Made by a program: the position numbers and the translations under genes. The notes below the pieces were generated by a model. It made no database searches. It saw only the letters and a program-made list of their open reading frames with translations, and was not told where the DNA came from. A stretch of 64,000 nucleotides of DNA from Bacteroidaceae bacterium. Its GTDB lineage: Bacteria > Pseudomonadota > Alphaproteobacteria > RF32 > CAG-239. The stretch lies in assembly GCA_963641885.1 (NCBI GenBank), contig CAVIDY010000008.1:1398-65397 (forward strand), given 5' to 3'. Every line of letters starts with the position of its first letter. Position 1 is the first letter of the stretch. Shown here in pieces: positions 40,054-48,823 of this stretch.

Positions 40054-40328
40054 TGGATGCAATTTCTTTAATTGGGGCGTTTTCAGTTTTGGGTGCCTGT
40101 CTGTGTATGGGTATCGGCAGTATCGGTTCGGCTATGGGCGAAGGTCATGTGGCGGCTTCAGCTTTGCAGGCAATGGCGCAGCAGCCGGACGAAGCAAGCC
40201 GTATCCGCAGTACAATGTTTGTGGCGATTGCCATGGTGGAAACCACGGCTTTGTACGCTTTGCTGATTGCGTTTTTGGTGCTGTATGCCAATCCGTTTTG
40301 GAATTATGCAATCGCACAGGCTCAATAG
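40053..40328 (+). CDS. atpE: N-type ATPase c subunit
   Basis: 91-aa helical hairpin with QQPDE loop. Helix 2 is AMVETTALYALL...YANPF. Helix 1 carries an extra Glu (MGEGHV). Confidence 0.85.
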   Translation: MDAISLIGAFSVLGACLCMGIGSIGSAMGEGHVAASALQAMAQQPDEASRIRSTMFVAIAMVETTALYALLIAFLVLYANPFWNYAIAQAQ

Positions 40329-40348
40329 TTATATTTTAGGAAAAGTTG

Positions 40349-41122
40349 ATGAGTATTGATTTGTTTACATTTTTTGCTCAGATGTTTAATCTGCTGCTGC
40401 TATTGTATTTGCTGCGCCGCTTTTTATATTTGCCAGTGCTGAAAGCGGTTGACGAGCGGCAGAAGTTTATTGAACGCGAGCTGAAAAAAGCGGCTTCTTC
40501 ACATAAGGAGGCTTTGCGCTTGGAGGCTGAATGCCAGCAGAAAATGGCGGAAATTGATGCTCAAAAACAAAATATCTTGAGTCAAACTCGGGCGGAAGCC
40601 GCTGTTTTGGCAGAAAAATTGGCAAACGAGGCAAAAGCGCAGTTTGAAACAGATAAAAGCCAATGGAAACAGCGTTTATCCAGCGAACAGAAGACATTTG
40701 AACTGGCTATGCAGGACTTGATTTTGGAATATTTCAACAAGCTTGCGGATGGTGCGCTGAAACAAATGGCAGATGTTTCGCTGAGCGATTTGATGGTAGA
40801 CAAGCTCAAAGAAAAAATAAGCGCTTTGCCGGTTCGTAAAAAACAGGAATTTGTCGCCGCTTATCAAAATAAAAAACAGCTGTTTGTCCGTTCGGCGCAA
40901 AAAATTTCGGTTGAGCAAAAGCAAAAAATAAAAGACTTTTTGCGGGTGCAGCTGGAATTGCCGGAAGAAACAAAATTCAAATTTGAAATTGATAAAAAGC
41001 TGGTTTGCGGCGTGGCTTTGCAGGCTGATGAGCAGCTGATAGACTGGAATTTAGCGGGATATATGAACGAGTTTCAAAAGAATATGCAAAGTGATGTGCA
41101 GCAGTTAATAAACAGGGGATAG
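40349..41122 (+). CDS. atpF: N-type ATPase b subunit (long form; no separate delta gene)
   Basis: N-terminal TM helix followed by a long charged coiled coil. At 257 aa it is longer than typical b subunits. Confidence 0.65.
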   Translation: MSIDLFTFFAQMFNLLLLLYLLRRFLYLPVLKAVDERQKFIERELKKAASSHKEALRLEAECQQKMAEIDAQKQNILSQTRAEAAVLAEKLANEAKAQFETDKSQWKQRLSSEQKTFELAMQDLILEYFNKLADGALKQMADVSLSDLMVDKLKEKISALPVRKKQEFVAAYQNKKQLFVRSAQKISVEQKQKIKDFLRVQLELPEETKFKFEIDKKLVCGVALQADEQLIDWNLAGYMNEFQKNMQSDVQQLINRG

Positions 41123-41125
41123 AAA

Positions 41126-42646
41126 ATGATTAAAACAGACAAGACATTTGCCGTCATAGAGCAGGGAATTGCTCAAACCAAAGCGGAACTGAAAACGGAA
41201 GAAGTCAGTGTTATTCATTCTATTTCTGCTGGCACAGCGATTGTGAAAGGTTTGGCTAAGGCACAAATGGAAGAACTGCTGGAATTTCCTAACGGCGTGT
41301 GGGGAATGGTGCAGACTTTGGCAAAAGATGCGGTCGGCGTGGTGTTTTTAGATAGTCCGGATAGTTTGAAAGCTGGCGACAGAGTGCGCCGCAGTGGACG
41401 TGTTCTAGACGTTCCGGTCGGCGATGGATTGCTGGGCAGGGTGATAAATCCGCTGGGCAAACCTTTAGATGGAAAAGGACCGATAGCCTACAGCGAGCGT
41501 CGGGCTTTGGAAATGGAAGCCTATCCGATTATGGATAGAGCGCCGGTGCAAACTCCTTTGCAGACAGGTATTAAAGCGGTTGATGCGTTTACGCCTATCG
41601 GACGCGGGCAGCGCGAGCTTATTTTAGGCGATAGGCAGACTGGTAAAACAGCTATTGCCGTTGATACGATTATAAACCAAAAGCAAACCGGAGTTATCTG
41701 CATTTATTGTGCTATCGGACAGCGTAACTCCGCAGTGGCTTCGGTTATTGCCGATTTGGAAAAATACGGCGTGATGAATCAAACAATTGTGGTGGCGGCT
41801 GCTGCCAACGATACGGCGGGTATGCAATATGCGGCGCCGTATGCGGCGACATCTATCGGCGAATATTTTATGGCGCAAGGCAAAGATGTGCTGGTGGTTT
41901 ATGATGATTTGACCAACCATGCTAGAGCATACCGTGAAATGTCGCTGCTGCTGCGCCGTCCGCCTGGACGAGAGGCTTTCCCTGGGGATATATTCTACAT
42001 TCATTCTCGCTTGCTGGAACGCTCAACTCATTTGCGTGAGGAACTTGGCGGCGGTTCGCTGACCTCGCTGCCGATTGTTTCGACTGAAGCCGGAAATATA
42101 TCGGCTTATATTCCAACCAATATTATTTCTATTACCGACGGACAGATTTATTTGGCGGCTAATTTGTATCAAAAAGGCATTATGCCGGCAATAGATACCG
42201 GACGTTCGGTTTCCCGCGTGGGCGGCGATGCTCAGCTTCCAGCGTATAAGACATTGATTGGTCCGCTGAAACTGTTTTATTCGCAGTTTGAAGAGTTGGA
42301 ATCATTTACCAAATTCGGCACCCAGCTGGATAAGGAAACTAAAAAGCGCATTAACCGCGGGCGGGCTATTCGTGCTGTGCTGGAGCAAAGCCGCTTTGAG
42401 CCGCTGACAGCACCGGAGCAGATTGCCGTGTTTATGGCGACTAACGCCGGTTTGTTTGACGGCTTGGCAACTGAAGACAATAAGAAAGCGCAGAAAACTG
42501 TGCGTGAGGTTTTGCAAGCGCAATTTTCAGCAGAAGTAACCGATATTTTAGCTCGTAAGAAGCTGTCGGCTGAAACACAGGAAAAAATGCTTTCTGTTTT
42601 CAAATCAGCCTTGCAGCGTGAGGGGATAAAGTCTGATGACGATTGA
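41126..42646 (+). CDS. atpA: N-type ATPase alpha subunit
   Basis: GDRQTGKTA Walker A and [32 protein letters not shown]. Confidence 0.9.
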   Translation: MIKTDKTFAVIEQGIAQTKAELKTEEVSVIHSISAGTAIVKGLAKAQMEELLEFPNGVWGMVQTLAKDAVGVVFLDSPDSLKAGDRVRRSGRVLDVPVGDGLLGRVINPLGKPLDGKGPIAYSERRALEMEAYPIMDRAPVQTPLQTGIKAVDAFTPIGRGQRELILGDRQTGKTAIAVDTIINQKQTGVICIYCAIGQRNSAVASVIADLEKYGVMNQTIVVAAAANDTAGMQYAAPYAATSIGEYFMAQGKDVLVVYDDLTNHARAYREMSLLLRRPPGREAFPGDIFYIHSRLLERSTHLREELGGGSLTSLPIVSTEAGNISAYIPTNIISITDGQIYLAANLYQKGIMPAIDTGRSVSRVGGDAQLPAYKTLIGPLKLFYSQFEELESFTKFGTQLDKETKKRINRGRAIRAVLEQSRFEPLTAPEQIAVFMATNAGLFDGLATEDNKKAQKTVREVLQAQFSAEVTDILARKKLSAETQEKMLSVFKSALQREGIKSDDD

Positions 42647-43508
42647 AGCGTTGAAAAAGCGGATTAAGGTTACGGAGGATTTGCGGGAGATAGTCGGCAC
42701 AATGAAAGCGCTGTCTTCAGTTAGTATTTTGCAGTATGAACAGGCAAATACGGCGCTGGCGCAATATCGCAGCAATCTGCAGGACGCTTTTCAGGCTTTG
42801 ATTAAACAAGGCGGGCTGCCAAGTAGTGATGTTAAATCAGAACAAGGCAAACAGCTGGTGATTTTAATCGGCACCGATAACGGTATGGTCGGTAAGTTTA
42901 ATAAAGAAATTTTAGATAAAGCCAAGGTCGATTTAAAAAAACAAGGGGTTTCGCTTAAAAATACTCTGTTCTTGACTATCGGCAAAAGAATCGGCGGTTT
43001 GGCAGTGCAAAGCAATCTAAAACTTTATGCCAAGTACGCTGTAGCAAATTCAGTGAAAATGGTCAATACCATTGCCGAAACCGTGATAATGAAAATAGAC
43101 GAGGCAACCCGCAAAGAACATATTACAAGCGTTTGCGTTTGGTATCATAAGCGTAACAAAAATGAACCGGTTAGTTTGCAAAAACAGCAGATTATTCCGT
43201 TTGATTTTGCCGCTTATCAAAAGCTGAAAGAAAAGCCGTGGGGAACAAATAATCTTCCACTGATACCTATTGAACGCAAGCAGATGTTTGCCGCTTTGCT
43301 GAATGAATATTTAACCATTGCTTTGGCAAGTCAGCTTAACTATTCTCTGGCTGCGGAGCATTATACGCGTATGACCAATATGCAAAACGCTGAAAAAAAC
43401 ATTGATGAAAGTTTGGAGCAAATGAATTTGGAATATCAGCAGGAACGGCAGGAAAATATTACAGATGAGCTGATAGATGTTATTTCCGGTGCCGAAGCGG
43501 TTAAATAG
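42636..43508 (+). CDS. atpG: N-type ATPase gamma subunit
   Basis: [19 protein letters not shown]-terminal helix and the C-terminal [15 protein letters not shown] signature. Confidence 0.8.
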   Translation: MTIEALKKRIKVTEDLREIVGTMKALSSVSILQYEQANTALAQYRSNLQDAFQALIKQGGLPSSDVKSEQGKQLVILIGTDNGMVGKFNKEILDKAKVDLKKQGVSLKNTLFLTIGKRIGGLAVQSNLKLYAKYAVANSVKMVNTIAETVIMKIDEATRKEHITSVCVWYHKRNKNEPVSLQKQQIIPFDFAAYQKLKEKPWGTNNLPLIPIERKQMFAALLNEYLTIALASQLNYSLAAEHYTRMTNMQNAEKNIDESLEQMNLEYQQERQENITDELIDVISGAEAVK

Positions 43509-43700
43509 AAAAATATCAAAGGGCGGAGAAAATAATTTGAAAACGCTTGAAAACTCCGTCTCACCATGTGCCTTTCAGCTCGTTAGGGCGGTTGGGAAAA
43601 AGCCAAGTAGTTGCCGCTACAAGGCTCTTTATTTATGTCTAAGCTAAACTAAAAAGTTAACTGCACGTTTTAGGTATTTTAAGGGAGCGGCGAAAACTAA

Positions 43701-43727
43701 TAAAAAAAGCCTCCGAAAATGGAGGCT
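43701..43727 (-). terminator. rho-independent terminator closing the minus-strand accessory cluster
   Basis: On the minus strand: AGCCTCC-ATTTTC-GGAGGCT followed by T7. Lies 14 nt after the stop of the 200-aa gene. Confidence 0.7.
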
Positions 43728-43740
43728 CTGAGTTCTTAGG

Positions 43741-44343
43741 TTAGTTGTTGTTAGAAAGAGGCGGAATGTTGATTTGGGCAATATACCCTGGGCGAATCCG
43801 CTTGCTGCTGTAGTGCATATTTCCGGTTTCTATCAAATAGCGTTCGCGGCGCGTCCATTGTGCAGCTGTCGCAAAAAAGTCTTTGCCTGTTACTTCTTGA
43901 TTGCGCGGGTTCATAATATAGAGCACGCAGCCTTGATGAGGTTCAACCAAGCCGCAGCGGCTGCGTCCTACCGGCACATCAGAGTTTACAACAACGCCGT
44001 CAAGACCTTTTTTAGCCGTTTCTTGGGTGGAAAACAGGGTAGAGCCTAAAACAACACCGAAAAGCGCTGCCAATACCAGCATTAGCAGGACAGTTTTGTT
44101 TTTCAAAAAATATGTTACAGTTTCCGGTTCTTGCGGCATTAACTCTTCGTCTGTAATAAAATGGATATTTTCGGCATCGCCGTTGTCATCGTAATAATTT
44201 TCGGTAGTTTCGTTTTGCAGGCTATTTTGCGGTACAGAAATTTTTTCGGGAACTCCATAGGTTGCCGGCTGATTTTCAGGTACGCGCGGACGTTTGATTT
44301 TTCTGATTTTACGAGGCGCATTTTTAAACTGAGTTTCTTCCAT
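43741..44343 (-). CDS. bitopic membrane protein (basic/acidic cytoplasmic head, one TM helix, ~100-aa periplasmic domain)
   Basis: 200 aa. TM helix VLLMLVLAALFGVVLGSTLF. 11-nt gap after the secretin-like gene. Confidence 0.55.
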   Translation of the reverse strand: MEETQFKNAPRKIRKIKRPRVPENQPATYGVPEKISVPQNSLQNETTENYYDDNGDAENIHFITDEELMPQEPETVTYFLKNKTVLLMLVLAALFGVVLGSTLFSTQETAKKGLDGVVVNSDVPVGRSRCGLVEPHQGCVLYIMNPRNQEVTGKDFFATAAQWTRRERYLIETGNMHYSSKRIRPGYIAQINIPPLSNNN

Positions 44344-44354
44344 TTTTCTCTCCG

Positions 44355-45692
44355 TTAAATTCTGTTTTTCAAGGTTTCATTAGTTTTTAATGTGCGGACA
44401 AGGCGCGGAACCATAAAGATAATGGTTTCCGACTTAGGGTTTTGAATGCCGAATAGTTCGTTCGGTAAGCCAATAATTAAGAAATTTTCGCCAAGCTTGC
44501 TGCGGATTTTAAATTGCGTAACCTGACCATCAGTTTCTTCTAAGGTAATATCTGAAAAGATTTCATTTTTCTTTTCTACCGAAGCTTTAGCCAAAACCGA
44601 CATACCATAGGCGTTGCTTTCTGGTTTGCTGCATTTGCCTATGTCAAAGCGGGAAAGCCACAAGTTAGGCACAATAAATTTGCCTTCAGAAACTGTTTCA
44701 ATTTGAGCTTGGTTTCCTAAGAACTGCTGTAGTTTTTCAATTGAAATGTCATTTGTGGTGGTTAATACGCGACCAATAACTCCGGTTTGCGCTGTTGTGA
44801 TTGAGCCAAAGTCAAAGGCGTTCAGCAAATCTTTCCATTCAATATCTTGCTGAATGTATGGGTATAGGCGGAATACGCTGACGTCATATGCAATAAGAGT
44901 AGGGCTGTTTTCAAATGACTTTATCAGTTCCTGAATTTTGTTGCGGGTTTCAATGTCTGCGTCAAAAGTAATGGAATAATCCGCCCAGTTGGTTACAATG
45001 TTGGTTATTCCTGCGCCGCGGATAACATCAAGCAAGCCTAAAATAATCGGGCGAGACGGAGGGGTGTATAGCGTCATATTGACGCGGCGGCTTAAAGTTA
45101 AAATTTTATCTTTGGCGTTGTAGGTGGTGTAAATGTCCGCCGAATCGGCAATCATTTTAACCACTTCCGAAAATTCGCCTTTTAAATCTTCGGCAGAAAT
45201 GCTGGTATATGGACCATCGGCGGAAGAAACGCGTATGCCTGCTTCTTTGGTTAGTTTTACCAATGCTTGCTCCGCCGGCATCATATCAAAAGTGTAGCCG
45301 GTTACTTCAAAGCGCGGCAGTGGGTCGTTGCGACCGTTTCGCTCAAGTTTGAAGGCGGAGTTTATATATGGCAAAGTCAGTACCATCTGCTGGGTTTTCC
45401 AGTTAACGTTGCAGCGCAGCGGAGTTTCCAAGTCCAAAGCATTAGCTCCTTCCGGAGTGCGGACAATCGCTGGTTCTTCAGGGTCTTTGAACACGATTTC
45501 TTCTTTGGAAAACTTCATAGTGTTTATGTCTGAAGTAGGCTGATTTACGGTTTCTGCCGGAACTTGCGCGCTTATGGCAGCGGTGTTGTCTTCGCTAAAA
45601 TCAATATCATCGCGGGCAATGCAGGCTGAAAGTCCGGATAAAAGCGCGGACAATCCTAAAACTAAACTGAAAGTGTTAATGTGTTTTTTCAT
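44355..45692 (-). CDS. outer-membrane lipoprotein, secretin-like (tentative)
   Basis: Lipobox LSAC. N0/N1-like alpha-beta modules (MPAEQALVKLTKEAGIRV...ILTLS; ITNIVTNWADYSITFDADIETRNKIQELIKSFENSPTLIAYDVSVFRL). C-terminal pattern FKIRSKLGENFLIIGLPNELFGIQ...ETIIFMVPRLV resembles the end of secretin domains. Confidence 0.5.
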   Translation of the reverse strand: MKKHINTFSLVLGLSALLSGLSACIARDDIDFSEDNTAAISAQVPAETVNQPTSDINTMKFSKEEIVFKDPEEPAIVRTPEGANALDLETPLRCNVNWKTQQMVLTLPYINSAFKLERNGRNDPLPRFEVTGYTFDMMPAEQALVKLTKEAGIRVSSADGPYTSISAEDLKGEFSEVVKMIADSADIYTTYNAKDKILTLSRRVNMTLYTPPSRPIILGLLDVIRGAGITNIVTNWADYSITFDADIETRNKIQELIKSFENSPTLIAYDVSVFRLYPYIQQDIEWKDLLNAFDFGSITTAQTGVIGRVLTTTNDISIEKLQQFLGNQAQIETVSEGKFIVPNLWLSRFDIGKCSKPESNAYGMSVLAKASVEKKNEIFSDITLEETDGQVTQFKIRSKLGENFLIIGLPNELFGIQNPKSETIIFMVPRLVRTLKTNETLKNRI

Positions 45693-45704
45693 TTTATGTT
45701 GTTC

Positions 45705-46211
45705 CTATTGCTGCTGATTATTGTCATCGGTGTTGTCTGAATTTTGGCTGATGTTGTTTTCTGCCATAAGTTTGTTCATTAACTCATCTATATTCATACC
45801 AGCACCAGAGGTTGGATCAACCGATTTATCAAAATTACTCATAACTTCATTCATTTTTTGCACTTCGTTAGGGTCGGATCGCAGCATTTCTGGAGATTGG
45901 TTGCTGGTCAGCTCTTCTTGATAAATGGATAGATTTTTACGCAGAGCTTCTACACCGCCAGCGATTTTCTTTTCTATATACGGATAGAGTTCTTTATGCT
46001 CTAAAATATAGTTGCCAGTTTCACAAATTTCTTCCAAAACATCAAGCACATAAGGATAAAATTTATATTCTTCAAGCGCAATGTTGCCGCTGCGGATACA
46101 ACGTGCCGCAATGCGGGAAATGGTGCGGTCGTAATAATCTATCAGAACAATGTAGTTGTCCACATACCAGAGAGATTCCTTGGTAATTGGTGCGAGATTT
46201 TCTTCTGCCAT
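45705..46211 (-). CDS. hypothetical acidic cytoplasmic protein
   Basis: 168 aa, helical N-terminal part, acidic Asn/Gln-rich tail. 12-nt gap to the secretin-like gene. Confidence 0.55.
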   Translation of the reverse strand: MAEENLAPITKESLWYVDNYIVLIDYYDRTISRIAARCIRSGNIALEEYKFYPYVLDVLEEICETGNYILEHKELYPYIEKKIAGGVEALRKNLSIYQEELTSNQSPEMLRSDPNEVQKMNEVMSNFDKSVDPTSGAGMNIDELMNKLMAENNISQNSDNTDDNNQQQ

Positions 46212-46274
46212 ATTTTTTATCCTCTCAAATTTGTTCCTATTTTACTAGCGCTCTGTTGTTTTGTAAATACCTTT

Positions 46275-48725
46275 TTATTTTGGATTTTGCGGTAAAGGAT
46301 TACCGTTTTCATCGACATACTCCCAGTCTCCGTCATCGCCGGAAACAGGATTACCGTTTTCATCGACATATTCCCAGTCTCCGTCATCGCCGGAGATCGG
46401 GTTACCGTTTTCATCGACATATTCCCAATCGCCGTCATCGCCGGAAACAGGATTGCCGTTTTCATCAACATATTCCCAATCGCCGTCATCACCTGAAACA
46501 GGATTGCCGTTTTCATCGACATATTCCCAATCGCCGTCATCTGCTGCAGAATTGTTTTCTTTGGTGAAGGCGGTTTGCGTTTGTTGAGCCGCTGCTGTTT
46601 GAGCCTGCGGTTTCGGCAATTCATCGTCACCGCCCAAAGATATAGGCTTTATATTGTCCAAGGAAATATCATCATCCGAGCTTAGCGCATTTTTTATTTT
46701 TAACAAAGCATCTTCGTACGAATGCAACTGTGACTTTTTATATTCTTGGTTTTGCGGTTCAGGTTCTTTCGGCAAATCTACGGCAGGCTTGCTGGTAGGA
46801 GTTGGTTTTGTTTCAACAGGTCTTACCGATTCAGACTTTTGAACCGCAGCAGGCGTGGTGAAAGAATCAGCAGAGAAAATATCCGGTTCAAAAGAATTGT
46901 CTTCTTCGGAAGGAATGGCTGCCAATATATCTTCTATACTAAGGTTTTCATCTTTGGGAGTAGGTTTCGGTTGCTCCTTAACCGGTTCAGAATTAGGAGC
47001 AGGTTTTGGCTGCTCTTTAACCAATTCAGGCTTTGGAGCAGGTTTTGGCTGCTCCTTAACTGGTTCAGGATTTGGAGCAGGTTTCGACTGCTCTTTAACC
47101 AATTCAGGCTTTGGAGCAGGTTTCGGCTGCTCCTTAACTGGTTCAGGATTTGGAGCAGGTTTTGGCTGTTCCTTAACTGGTTCAGGCTTTGGAGTAGGTT
47201 TTGGCTGCTCCTTAACTGGTTCAGGCTTTGGAGTAGGTTTGGGCTGTTCCTTAACCGGTTCAGGCTTTGGAGCAGGTTTCGGCTGTTCTTTAACCAATTC
47301 AGGCTTTGGAGCAGGTTTTGGCTGCTGCTGAACAGGGGCAGTTGGTTGTTTTTCTTTGTCTTTAAGGTTGACCGTTAAAGCCTCGTTATTTTTATGCTCG
47401 TTTGCCGAATTGTCTTTTTTAGAGGCTTTTTCATCAATTTTTTTGTTCGGCTGTTGGTCGTTTTTATTCTGATTTTTCAGGTCGTTAATTTTGTTTAAGC
47501 TTTTATTTATGCGGCTAAGCAAAGTGTCAGAAGAGTTTTTTGCCTCGTTGCTGAAGTTTTGGGTTAACTTATTGGTTGTTTCGCTTATTTTATCGCTGAA
47601 GCTTTTTATAAAATTATTTTTATCTTTTGCTTGCTCTGCTTTTTTTGTATTATTGCTTTCATTCTTTTTTGGCTGCTGAGCATTTGCCGTATTAGAAGTA
47701 TTTTGTTTAGAAACAATAGTATTACCGCCAGTTTGGTCTTCTACATCAACATCTTGCGAAACCACAACTTTTACAGTGGAGCGTGGTGCGGACTGCGCTA
47801 GAGTTTGCGCTAATTCCTGCTGCGATTGGGTGATTGCCTGCACTAGCATTTCACCAAAAGATTTTATGGCTTCAAGCTGTTGCGAGTTGTTTTGACGCAA
47901 TGCTTCGGCAAGAGCCGTTGCCGGTATTCCGGAATTTAATGCTGCGGCTAGTCCGGCGTTGTTTTCTGTCGAGGTGCCGCCGTTTAGAATATTTTTATTC
48001 AAAGCAGCAATAATTTGCATCATATCTTCATGGCGGCGGGCATCGTTTTGCATAAGCGTTTGATTTATGCTGCTAAAGTAGGAGGTATCCATATTGATGT
48101 TGTTAACAGTGGTTGAAGAATTATTTTGCTGCTGAGCTGTCATTCCTGTCGGCTGTACTGGTGCTGCAGAAAAGGTTTGCTGCTGCGTCGCTGATGTTGT
48201 ATTAACCTGACCTGCAAGGCGGTTGGTTAAAGTTTGCATACTGGCAGCATAGGCATTGAATGATTTGTTCAGCAAAATTGCCAAATCGGTCATATTGTTA
48301 TTAGATGCAGCATTGCTGCTTTGCAGTGCCGCCGCCAAAGAATTTGCTAAACTTTCGGCAAAATCAGCGCCTAAAGTAAGCTCACCGCCGTTTCCGGAGT
48401 GCTGTTTCAGGCTGTCGATTGATTTTTTTTCTTCTTCTATGTTTTGGGCTATGAGTTCGCTGGTGCCGCCGGAATTTTTACCTTGTTTTTCTTCAACTTC
48501 TTTAACGTGTTCCAAAAAAACGCGTCCGCCAGGCAGGGTTGCCAGCAATTCTTTGGTTTTTTCTGAGATATTAAGCAGAGACTCGTCAAATTCATCTTTT
48601 TTTGCTTGATTGAAAATATGAATTTGGTGGAAAATATTTAAATAACGTTGGGCAACCAGAATCGGGTCTTCTTCTTCCGGATTGCTGGAATATTCTACAT
48701 CATCTTCAATTAAGTCTTCTGCCAC
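46275..48725 (-). CDS. 816-aa repeat protein: conserved N-domain, Q/N/A-rich middle, PKP repeats, five acidic Trp repeats
   Basis: GTG start with GGAG/GAGG upstream and no TM helix. The N-domain (AQRYLNIFHQIHIFN...LPGGRVFLEHVKE) is shared with the 272-aa gene upstream. Confidence 0.7.
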   Translation of the reverse strand: MAEDLIEDDVEYSSNPEEEDPILVAQRYLNIFHQIHIFNQAKKDEFDESLLNISEKTKELLATLPGGRVFLEHVKEVEEKQGKNSGGTSELIAQNIEEEKKSIDSLKQHSGNGGELTLGADFAESLANSLAAALQSSNAASNNNMTDLAILLNKSFNAYAASMQTLTNRLAGQVNTTSATQQQTFSAAPVQPTGMTAQQQNNSSTTVNNINMDTSYFSSINQTLMQNDARRHEDMMQIIAALNKNILNGGTSTENNAGLAAALNSGIPATALAEALRQNNSQQLEAIKSFGEMLVQAITQSQQELAQTLAQSAPRSTVKVVVSQDVDVEDQTGGNTIVSKQNTSNTANAQQPKKNESNNTKKAEQAKDKNNFIKSFSDKISETTNKLTQNFSNEAKNSSDTLLSRINKSLNKINDLKNQNKNDQQPNKKIDEKASKKDNSANEHKNNEALTVNLKDKEKQPTAPVQQQPKPAPKPELVKEQPKPAPKPEPVKEQPKPTPKPEPVKEQPKPTPKPEPVKEQPKPAPNPEPVKEQPKPAPKPELVKEQSKPAPNPEPVKEQPKPAPKPELVKEQPKPAPNSEPVKEQPKPTPKDENLSIEDILAAIPSEEDNSFEPDIFSADSFTTPAAVQKSESVRPVETKPTPTSKPAVDLPKEPEPQNQEYKKSQLHSYEDALLKIKNALSSDDDISLDNIKPISLGGDDELPKPQAQTAAAQQTQTAFTKENNSAADDGDWEYVDENGNPVSGDDGDWEYVDENGNPVSGDDGDWEYVDENGNPISGDDGDWEYVDENGNPVSGDDGDWEYVDENGNPLPQNPK
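46297..46541 (-). repeat. 51-bp tandem coding repeat, ~4.8 copies (GDDGDWEYVDENGNPVS)
   Basis: Period counted directly: ATTACCGTTTTCATCGACATACTCCCAGTCTCCGTCATCGCCGGAAACAGG is 51 nt. Copies differ by only a few bases. Confidence 0.85.
46958..47328 (-). repeat. 39-bp tandem coding repeat, ~9.5 copies (PKPAPKPEPVKEQ)
   Basis: Period counted directly as 39 nt. The protein shows nine xVKEQ units with P/L, A/T and K/N variation. Confidence 0.85.
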
Positions 48726-48778
48726 CTGTTGTGCCTCACTCCATAAAAAACAACTTATTCTTTTCTAATATATAAGAA

Positions 48779-48806
48779 AGAGAGTAAATTTCTTGTTAAA
48801 ATATAG
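48779..48806 (-). promoter_or_regulatory. conserved 28-bp upstream element, copy 2 (minus strand CTATATTTTAACAAGAAATTTACTCTCT)
   Basis: 25/28 identical to 49687..49714. Lies 54-81 nt upstream of the GTG of the 816-aa gene and contains a -10-like TATATT. Confidence 0.35.
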
Positions 48807-48823
48807 GCAGTAAGAGCGAAAAA

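Noticed and set aside
46915-46955. PopZ-like motif (LSIEDILAAIPSEED resembles the MEEILASIRRII N-terminal motif of polar organising proteins).
   Set aside because: It is a single match of about 10 residues at an internal position. That is too short to support homology without a profile search.
46297-47328. Regularly spaced repeats that could be mistaken for a CRISPR array.
   Set aside because: The repeats are contiguous 51-bp and 39-bp units with no unique spacers. They are in frame within a long ORF that encodes peptide repeats.
46187-47378. Plus-strand ORFs of 126, 210 and 158 aa (RFHRH..., RFRLL..., GFGAGFGCSL... repeats).
   Set aside because: They are opposite-strand or alternative-frame readings of the tandem repeats inside the 816-aa minus-strand gene. 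They have no start context and are pure repeat artefacts.
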